Shown one piece after another: positions 57,124 through 64,000 of a DNA stretch of 64,000 nucleotides. Numbering within the stretch: the stretch's first letter is position 1; each line of letters begins with the position of its first letter. Position numbers and translations under genes: made by a program. The notes under the pieces were generated by a model. The model worked only from the letters and a program-made list of their open reading frames with translations, ran no database searches and was not told where the DNA came from. The stretch comes from an uncultured virus (IMG/VR IMGVR_UViG_3300042508_000149) (lineage: Duplodnaviria > Heunggongvirae > Uroviricota > Caudoviricetes), in IMG/VR virus record IMGVR_UViG_3300042508_000149; one strand, 5' to 3'.

Positions 57124-59271
57124 ATGCCATTGCAAAAAATACTTGCAAAACCAGGATGCAATCGCGAAAACACGAGATACACCAACGAAGGTGGGTGGTA
57201 CTCATCAGATAAGGTGCGTTTTCGCCAAGGAACGCCAGAAAAGATTGGCGGGTGGGCGCGTATCTCTGTCAATACTTTCCTTGGAACATGCCGATCATTA
57301 TGGAACTGGGTGACTCTGACAGCCAACAATCTGATGGGCGTTGGAACCAGTGACAAATACTATATAGAGAGCGGTGGCGCATACAATGACATAACGCCGT
57401 TGCGGCAATATAACTACACGGCCACGCTGACCAATCCTTTTAGTACAACGAGTGGCGATGCAACTGTGTCGGTGAGTGACACGGCGCATGGTGCAACGGC
57501 AGGCGATCTTGTTTATTTTTCCGGTGCCACCACGGTAGGCGGCATTCCGGCGGCTGAACTAAATACACGTCATGTCATTACGTCCATTACTGACGCAAAC
57601 ACGTATGTAATTACTGTCACTACAACGGCATCGAGTACAGCCTCTGGCGGAGGAACGGTTACCGCCGAGTATTACATTGATGCTGTATTGCTTGGGAACA
57701 ATCCTTTTGCAACGACAAACGGATCTACCACGGTTACCGTCACTGCTGCTACACATGGCGGACAGACAGGCGACTACGTTACGTTTTCAGGTGCGACAAC
57801 AGTTGCCGGACTGGATCTGAATAACGAATACAAGATTACAGTAACCAATGCAAGCGCCTATACCATCACTGCTGCAACGGCCGCCAATGCCACAACCAGC
57901 GGCGGCGGGTCTTCCGTCAGGGCTGAGTATCAAATAACCATCGGCCCCGCCTCTCAAGTGGCGCAAGTTGGCTGGGGCGCAGGCGGGTGGGGTTCTGGCC
58001 TTTGGGGTGGTGTTGGTGTTTTTGTGCCAGATGCTATGCGCCTTTGGTCGGCTATGAATTTTGGAGAGGATTTGGTATTTGGTCCTCGTGGCGGTGGCGT
58101 CTATTACTGGGATGCAACCAATGGATTGCCAACACGTGGCGTCAATATTGAAACGCTACCAGGCGCATTAGACACGCCGGTAATTCAAAACCTAGTTTTT
58201 GTTTCAGATATTTATCGGTTTGTGTTTTGCTTTGGCGCAAATGATACTGGTACTACGACACAAGATCCTATGCTCATACGCTGGGCTGACCAGGAGTCTG
58301 TAACAGATTGGCTCCCATCTGCCGCCAATCAGGCTGGATCGCTGCGCCTTTCTCATGGGTCAAAGATTATTGCTGTCGCACAAACACGCCAAGAGATCTT
58401 GGTATGGACGGACACGGCGCTTTATTCCTTGCAATACCTAGGCGCTCCTCTTGTATGGGGTGCTCAATTGCTGGGCGACAACATCTCCATTGTTGGCCCT
58501 AATGCAGTATCGGTCGCTACGGGCATAGCCTTCTGGATGGGTGTTGATAAGTTTTATATGTATGACGGACGGGTGCAAACGCTTCAATGCGACCTGCGTA
58601 AATACGTTTACCAAGATATAAATTCCACGCAGTATCTCCAATACTTCTCTGGCACCAACGAGGGGTTCAATGAGATATGGTGGTTTTACGCATCGGCTAG
58701 CAGCAACGATATTGATAGGTACGTTGTCTACAATTACCTTGAGCGTATTTGGTATTACGGCACTATGGCCAGGACCGCTTGGGTAGATGCTGGGTTGCGT
58801 GATTATCCAGTGGCCGCTACCTACAGCAACAACTTGGTAAATCATGAGTATGGTAACGACGATAATGTTACTGGAGAGCCGCAAGCAATTAATGCTTACA
58901 TAGAATCAGCAGAGTTTGATATTCAAGACGGCCACAATATTGGTTTCGTATGGCGCGTTCTGCCGGATATTACGTTCAGCGGAACCAGCCAATCTAATCC
59001 AAATCCAGCGGTAACCATGACGCTTATCCCGATGATGAACTCAGGATCTGGATATAACAGTCCGCAGTCTCTTGGTGGATCAAGCTCGGCGGCGGTTGCT
59101 CGCACAACGACGACCAACATAGAGCAGTTTACTGGGCAGGTGTATGTAAGGGTGCGTGGCCGCCAGTTAATCTTTAAGGTTGAGTCAACAGACCTTGGCA
59201 GTGCATGGCAACTTGGATCTCCGCGGTTCGATATCCGTGGGGACGGTAGAGCTACCGGGAGAGGTGCGTGA
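57124..59271 (+). CDS. Tail nozzle/stabilisation (tubular protein B-like)
   Basis: 715-aa beta-rich protein; KVRFRQGTPEKIGGW; IRWADQE. Confidence 0.7.
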   Translation: MPLQKILAKPGCNRENTRYTNEGGWYSSDKVRFRQGTPEKIGGWARISVNTFLGTCRSLWNWVTLTANNLMGVGTSDKYYIESGGAYNDITPLRQYNYTATLTNPFSTTSGDATVSVSDTAHGATAGDLVYFSGATTVGGIPAAELNTRHVITSITDANTYVITVTTTASSTASGGGTVTAEYYIDAVLLGNNPFATTNGSTTVTVTAATHGGQTGDYVTFSGATTVAGLDLNNEYKITVTNASAYTITAATAANATTSGGGSSVRAEYQITIGPASQVAQVGWGAGGWGSGLWGGVGVFVPDAMRLWSAMNFGEDLVFGPRGGGVYYWDATNGLPTRGVNIETLPGALDTPVIQNLVFVSDIYRFVFCFGANDTGTTTQDPMLIRWADQESVTDWLPSAANQAGSLRLSHGSKIIAVAQTRQEILVWTDTALYSLQYLGAPLVWGAQLLGDNISIVGPNAVSVATGIAFWMGVDKFYMYDGRVQTLQCDLRKYVYQDINSTQYLQYFSGTNEGFNEIWWFYASASSNDIDRYVVYNYLERIWYYGTMARTAWVDAGLRDYPVAATYSNNLVNHEYGNDDNVTGEPQAINAYIESAEFDIQDGHNIGFVWRVLPDITFSGTSQSNPNPAVTMTLIPMMNSGSGYNSPQSLGGSSSAAVARTTTTNIEQFTGQVYVRVRGRQLIFKVESTDLGSAWQLGSPRFDIRGDGRATGRGA

Positions 59272-59906
59272 TTTATTTAGATAGTCCGCAGCCGCCAAAC
59301 CTGCCATATGCTCCGCAGCAATGGAGCCCTCAATATCAAGAGCAGTTGAATAACGCGCTACGTCTTTACTTCAATAGACTAAGCAATGCGACGCAGTTTT
59401 TGCTGGGGCCTGATGGCGGCAGGTTTATGAGCAATCCGTTTGGTGCATGGTCAAGCGACTCTGATCAGACTGCTAGTAGTACGACTGTTGCGTATGCGAT
59501 TACGTTTGATGTAACGGATGTGGCAGACAGCGTTTACCTTGCTAATAGCTCTCAGATGACTGCCACGTATCCTGGGGTCTACAATTTGCAATTTAGTATT
59601 CAGTTTGCAAATACAGACACACAGATACATGATGTGGATGTATGGGCGGCTATAAATGGCTCTAACCTGTCGAATTCCAATTCTCGCTTCTCCGTGCCAA
59701 ATAGCCATGGCGGGGTCGATGGCCACACAATTGCTGCTTTAAATCTTTTCCTTACTATGCAATCGGGTGATTATGTGGAGCTTTATTGGTGTACCGACAA
59801 TACGGGTGTACGTATTGAGCACATAGCGGCGGCTTCATCACCAACCAGGCCTGCGACGCCATCAGTGATAGCGACTATGGCCTTTGTTTCATCAGTACCG
59901 GAGTAA
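59268..59906 (+). CDS. Virion protein
   Basis: NALRLYFNRL; C1q-like beta C-terminus. Confidence 0.6.
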   Translation: MIYLDSPQPPNLPYAPQQWSPQYQEQLNNALRLYFNRLSNATQFLLGPDGGRFMSNPFGAWSSDSDQTASSTTVAYAITFDVTDVADSVYLANSSQMTATYPGVYNLQFSIQFANTDTQIHDVDVWAAINGSNLSNSNSRFSVPNSHGGVDGHTIAALNLFLTMQSGDYVELYWCTDNTGVRIEHIAAASSPTRPATPSVIATMAFVSSVPE

Positions 59907-59909
59907 ATC

Positions 59910-60845
59910 ATGGCGGATGATATCTACAGCGACTACGACCTAGAAAACACAAGCGATCCGTACGGTACTGGTAGCACGGATTATGGTGGCTTGGATATAG
60001 GAACCACGTCAGGTGGTGGTACTAACTGGTCATCCATATTTGGTGGCGATAATATCCTCACCAGATTCTTGTCAGGGAATGCTACTGGTGGCGATAAGGC
60101 GCTAGCAACACTTGGTTTCGGAATAGCATCACTTGTTTCTGCGCTAAGAAACAAACCGCCGGCAGTGAAGATGCCCGTCTACAAAGAAGCCCCGGTATAT
60201 AACCGCGCTCTTACTGCGCCCATGCTTCCCCCGCAGCCGGCCCCACAGAAGTCTGCTTCTGGGCAAAACATCTACCAGCCCATGGTTGGGTTGCCATTGT
60301 TCTTTAACCCCAATCCTTTCCAGTTCAATCCTACGGAAGCTGCGAAACGATACGGCCCTACACAGCAAGAAATCGCAGCAGGTCAACAAGGTTATTCACA
60401 GGGACTTGAGCGTTTATATCAGTCATTAGGTACGCAGCCTGGTATTGCTTTTGACTCTGGCGCAGCGACCGGTAATACAACTACCGGAGGAACGGACACT
60501 TCCGGCGGCGGCTTGGCAGGCGGGGGCTCTATAGACGATATATTGGTTGGTTATGCTGAGGGCGGTGATGTTGCGGAGGGAAGGTATTTACGTGGTGCAG
60601 GCGACGGTATGTCTGATGACATCCATGCATTTATTGATGGCGGATCTACCGGTGAGCATCAGCCTGCGCGTCTTGCACGCAATGAGTTTGTGATACCTGC
60701 TGATGTGGTATCAGATCTTGGTAATGGTTCATCCGATGCTGGGGCAGAAGCGTTGTACGAAATGATGGAGCGTGTACGCAAAGCCAGGCATGGAACGGAT
60801 AAGCAGCCGCCTGCGGTTAAACCAAGTAAGGTGATGCCTGCATGA
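59910..60845 (+). CDS. Internal virion protein
   Basis: GDGMSDDI...ARLARNEFVIPADVVS. Confidence 0.65.
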   Translation: MADDIYSDYDLENTSDPYGTGSTDYGGLDIGTTSGGGTNWSSIFGGDNILTRFLSGNATGGDKALATLGFGIASLVSALRNKPPAVKMPVYKEAPVYNRALTAPMLPPQPAPQKSASGQNIYQPMVGLPLFFNPNPFQFNPTEAAKRYGPTQQEIAAGQQGYSQGLERLYQSLGTQPGIAFDSGAATGNTTTGGTDTSGGGLAGGGSIDDILVGYAEGGDVAEGRYLRGAGDGMSDDIHAFIDGGSTGEHQPARLARNEFVIPADVVSDLGNGSSDAGAEALYEMMERVRKARHGTDKQPPAVKPSKVMPA

Positions 60846-61210
60846 CACCTTTTGATCAAGAGTGGAATAGGTGTAGCCAGTGGCTACAGGCCGCGCTTGA
60901 TCATGCAGGGAACTTGTTTTCGTTAGATGATGTAAAGGCTGCTGTACTAAGGGGTGAGGCGATCTTCCTGCCGGGTTTAGACGCAGCGGTTATTGCAGAG
61001 ATTCGGGTCTACCCGCAGAAAAAGATTTACAACTGCTGGCTTGCTGGCGGTAGCTTAGAGGAACTCAAGCTTGCCTTTGCGCCTGCTGTACGCTGGTATG
61101 CAAAGAAGGCTGGATGTGATGCAATTACGATCCAAGGACGACCCGGTTGGCGGCGTGTATTTAACATGCGTGAGCGGGGCGTAGTCTTAACTGAAGAGGT
61201 GGTCAAATGA
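60842..61210 (+). CDS. GNAT-like virion assembly protein
   Basis: WLAGG...GCDAITIQGRPGW. Confidence 0.6.
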   Translation: MTPFDQEWNRCSQWLQAALDHAGNLFSLDDVKAAVLRGEAIFLPGLDAAVIAEIRVYPQKKIYNCWLAGGSLEELKLAFAPAVRWYAKKAGCDAITIQGRPGWRRVFNMRERGVVLTEEVVK

Positions 61211-61956
61211 GCCTGGGCGGACCTTCAACAACTGTTACGCAAAGCGCACCAGAGTATCAACTTCCGTATATCTCTGACCTGTATCGCATGGGTCAGCAGA
61301 TTGCCTATACACCCTATACGCCATACACGGCGCCAAGGACAGCCGAGACATCCGGCTTGTACCAGCAAGGCGTTGAAGCTGCACAGCAAACCGCCATGGC
61401 GCCCGGCATTCTTGGCAACATCAATGTAGGTGGCCAGAACGTCGGTGTCATGCAGGCTTACATGAATCCTTACCAACAAGCGGTAACGGATGTGGCCAAG
61501 CAGGCGGCAGTGCGCGACTATCAGACGGGTCTTACTAACTTACGTAGTCAGGCTGCATCACGTGGTGCGTTTGGCGGTTCTCGCCAGGCGATCATGGAAT
61601 CAGAGGCCATGCGTAATTTAGGTACACAACTTGGCAATATTCAAATGCAGGGATCTGCCGCGGCGTTTGACAAGGCAGGCCAGCTTTACCAGCAAGATCT
61701 TGCGTCTCAACAGCAGAAGGCGCAGACCTTGCAGCAGCTTGGATTAGCAGATGAGGCAAGACGCCAGCGCGATCTTGATCTGATGTATCAGGAGTTTGAG
61801 AAGCAGCGTCTTTATCCACAGACGCAGGCAGAGGCTTATAAGTCAATTATCTTTGGCCAGCAGCAGTCGCCCACGGCGTCTTACTACAATGCGCCGGCCA
61901 ACCCATTTGTGCAAACGCTTGGTCTTGCTGGATTGCTGTACGGAGGAATGCGATGA
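61207..61956 (+). CDS. DNA ejection (pilot) protein-like
   Basis: YMNPYQ..., GAFGGSRQ; Gln/Ala-rich. Confidence 0.65.
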   Translation: MSLGGPSTTVTQSAPEYQLPYISDLYRMGQQIAYTPYTPYTAPRTAETSGLYQQGVEAAQQTAMAPGILGNINVGGQNVGVMQAYMNPYQQAVTDVAKQAAVRDYQTGLTNLRSQAASRGAFGGSRQAIMESEAMRNLGTQLGNIQMQGSAAAFDKAGQLYQQDLASQQQKAQTLQQLGLADEARRQRDLDLMYQEFEKQRLYPQTQAEAYKSIIFGQQQSPTASYYNAPANPFVQTLGLAGLLYGGMR

Positions 61957-63509
61957 CTACAACCATGGCTCAACCGGGCCTAGCCCCAGACATTAACTTG
62001 TTTGAGGCAATGGATATCTTCAAGAACTTTCCTGATGAAGAGCTTCCTAACTATCGCAACGATCCTAAGCTAGCCCTTGTTGCAGCCGCCGAGATGGATC
62101 GGCGTTTGCGTATCCGCAAGGATTTTGAAGCTAAGCAGCAAAAGCCTTCTGGCCCGATTATTGATCAGCTACAACAGCAGTTGCTTGCACCGCCGCAACC
62201 CATGGGTCAGCCTATGCAGCCCATGGCACAACCTATGGCTCAGCCTGAGATGCAGCAACCACAACAAGGTCTCGGGGCGCTTGTTCCTGGTATGGCGCAG
62301 GGCGGTCCAGTTGCGTTTCAGTTTGGCGGCTTGCTAGCGGACCCAAGGTCAGGCATATACCCAAAAGAAACTGACGAAGATCGCAAGCGCAAGGCAGCAG
62401 AGCGACTTGCCCAAGTAGAACAGCAGTTAAAGAACCCTAACCTTCCCGGTCAGGCTAGCGCTATCCTTGCAACAGAAGCTGCAAATCTTAGAAAAGAGGT
62501 TGCTGCTGAGCAACCTAAACCTGCTCCTGCAAAAGAGCAGCCTAAGCCTGCTGAGCAAGGCGCTGACATCAATTCGCTCATCGCTCAATTAGCAAAGCTT
62601 CAGCAGGCACAGCAGCAACCCGCTGCACCCGCCCCAGTGGATCTCAAGGGATTAGAAAGGCTCGCTTCTGCTTTTATGCCCGCCCAAGTTCCTGTCATGT
62701 CCATGGAGGAAAGGCGCAAGCAGGCAGAGGAAGAAGAAAAGTACTTAAAACAAAAATTTCCTGACACAGTCAGTCCTTTGGCCGATCAGCTAGCCGCAGA
62801 GGTTGGTCAGCAAGTATCTCCCGAAGAAGCAAAGCGCCGAGCCTTCATGAAGGCTGGTATCGCTGGTCTTGGTTACACAGGCCGCGACTTTGGCGCTGGT
62901 CTTGCCGGTATGCTTGAAGGATACGAAGGCACAAAGCAATCTGTTGAAGCTGCAAACAAAGAAGCTAAGACACTTGCACTGAAAGCACGTCTTGCCAATG
63001 AGCAGTACAAAGACGCGATCAAGCGGAAGGATTATGAATCTGCACGTAAGTACGCAGATGAAGCCGCGGAAATTCAGGCTGCTAAAGTAGAGGCTCAGAA
63101 CAAAGCCAAGCTTGGGAAGCTCGGTGTTATGGGTGCCATGCAGGATCTTATGACGCCTAAGAAGGCGGCTGGGGCTGGAGCAACTTCCGGCATGCCAAAG
63201 TTTGGAGATGCTGCACGCATTCGCAAAGATGCTGTTGAGGCTGCACAGCCAGAGTTGCGAGATCTTGAGAAACGCTACGATGAAGAATCTAGCCGGTTCC
63301 ATTCGGCCCTTGGATTTGGGAAGCGTGGTACAAGCTGGCGTAACGATCCAAAAGAGATGGCTAAATTTGAGAGTGAGAAAGAAAACATCATTCAAAAATA
63401 TGAGAGGCGCCTGTATCCTACGGTTGGCGCAGATCAGGGTGTAACAACGCTGACGCCGCAAATGATGGAAGCAATTAGGGAATACGTTAAAAAACAAAGC
63501 GGCAAATAG
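61953..63509 (+). CDS. DNA ejection/internal virion protein
   Basis: Helical, Gln/Ala/Lys-rich; position. Confidence 0.6.
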   Translation: MTTTMAQPGLAPDINLFEAMDIFKNFPDEELPNYRNDPKLALVAAAEMDRRLRIRKDFEAKQQKPSGPIIDQLQQQLLAPPQPMGQPMQPMAQPMAQPEMQQPQQGLGALVPGMAQGGPVAFQFGGLLADPRSGIYPKETDEDRKRKAAERLAQVEQQLKNPNLPGQASAILATEAANLRKEVAAEQPKPAPAKEQPKPAEQGADINSLIAQLAKLQQAQQQPAAPAPVDLKGLERLASAFMPAQVPVMSMEERRKQAEEEEKYLKQKFPDTVSPLADQLAAEVGQQVSPEEAKRRAFMKAGIAGLGYTGRDFGAGLAGMLEGYEGTKQSVEAANKEAKTLALKARLANEQYKDAIKRKDYESARKYADEAAEIQAAKVEAQNKAKLGKLGVMGAMQDLMTPKKAAGAGATSGMPKFGDAARIRKDAVEAAQPELRDLEKRYDEESSRFHSALGFGKRGTSWRNDPKEMAKFESEKENIIQKYERRLYPTVGADQGVTTLTPQMMEAIREYVKKQSGK

Positions 63510-63517
63510 GGGGCGAA

Positions 63518-64000
63518 ATGCCTATCGTAAACATCCCCAACCTTGGGCGGTTCCGCATTCCCGAGGGTGTATCCGATGAAGAGCGTGATCAGCTAATCCG
63601 TGGTTTAGTGGATATGTCCGGGGTCCAGCCCAAAGGACCGCAAGGGATTGGAGAAGTATTTAGCAACGCTGTTGCCAGAGGTGCCAAGCAAATGCTTGTG
63701 GGCACAGCATATGATTTGCCTGCTCTAGGATTAGCTGGCCTTGCAAAGCTAGGCTTTGGTGGTGCAGAAGAGAAAGCACTGGAGTTTTTAGGAAAAGGCG
63801 CCCAGCGTTATGCGGCTATTGAGCAGGAGCTTCCCACTCAATATAGAGATGTAACCAAGCTAGAAGGCCCTGGCCAATACCTTGGTTTTGCGGTTGAGCA
63901 GGCTGGCCAAGGTTTGCCTAGTATTGCTTCTGCCCTGCTGCCTGGCGGTATTGCGGCCGCCACCGGGCGGGGTGCTTCAAGGAAGATTGCACAAGAAGCG
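63518..64000 (+). CDS. N-terminus of a large internal virion protein (3'-truncated; probably the same gene as 1-5569)
   Basis: MPIVNIPNLGRF...; open for 161 codons to the window end. Confidence 0.7.
   Translation, partial: MPIVNIPNLGRFRIPEGVSDEERDQLIRGLVDMSGVQPKGPQGIGEVFSNAVARGAKQMLVGTAYDLPALGLAGLAKLGFGGAEEKALEFLGKGAQRYAAIEQELPTQYRDVTKLEGPGQYLGFAVEQAGQGLPSIASALLPGGIAAATGRGASRKIAQEA

Overview
The window is most of a ~64-kb tailed dsDNA phage genome (podovirus-like gene order); the ORF running off the right end and the ORF entering at the left end look like two halves of one gene. Left-strand recombination and accessory genes occupy 5.5-13.1 kb (GlcNAc-transferase, Ref, ERF, PD-(D/E)XK exonuclease, a cassette-like paralogue array). 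Right-strand replication genes occupy 13.2-22.3 kb, followed by a small early-gene block (22.3-25.3 kb) and the packaging, capsid, tail, lysis and ejection genes (25.5-64 kb, continuing into 1-5.6 kb). The main find is an RNA-guided TIGR-Tas-type locus: a nuclease-less Nop/IS110-like protein (15408-16202) followed directly by 37 tandem 36-nt dual-spacer units (16196-17536) whose ends covary as base pairs, then a ParB-domain gene. Also notable: a 22-bp palindrome at five sites (four read in frame as TPPRGGV inside unrelated proteins), an endonuclease ORF overprinted inside a helicase intein, a class-3-type terminase intein, candidate small or structured RNAs, and a 2417-aa Ser/Thr-rich protein. 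All calls come from reading motifs by eye; no database searches were run.
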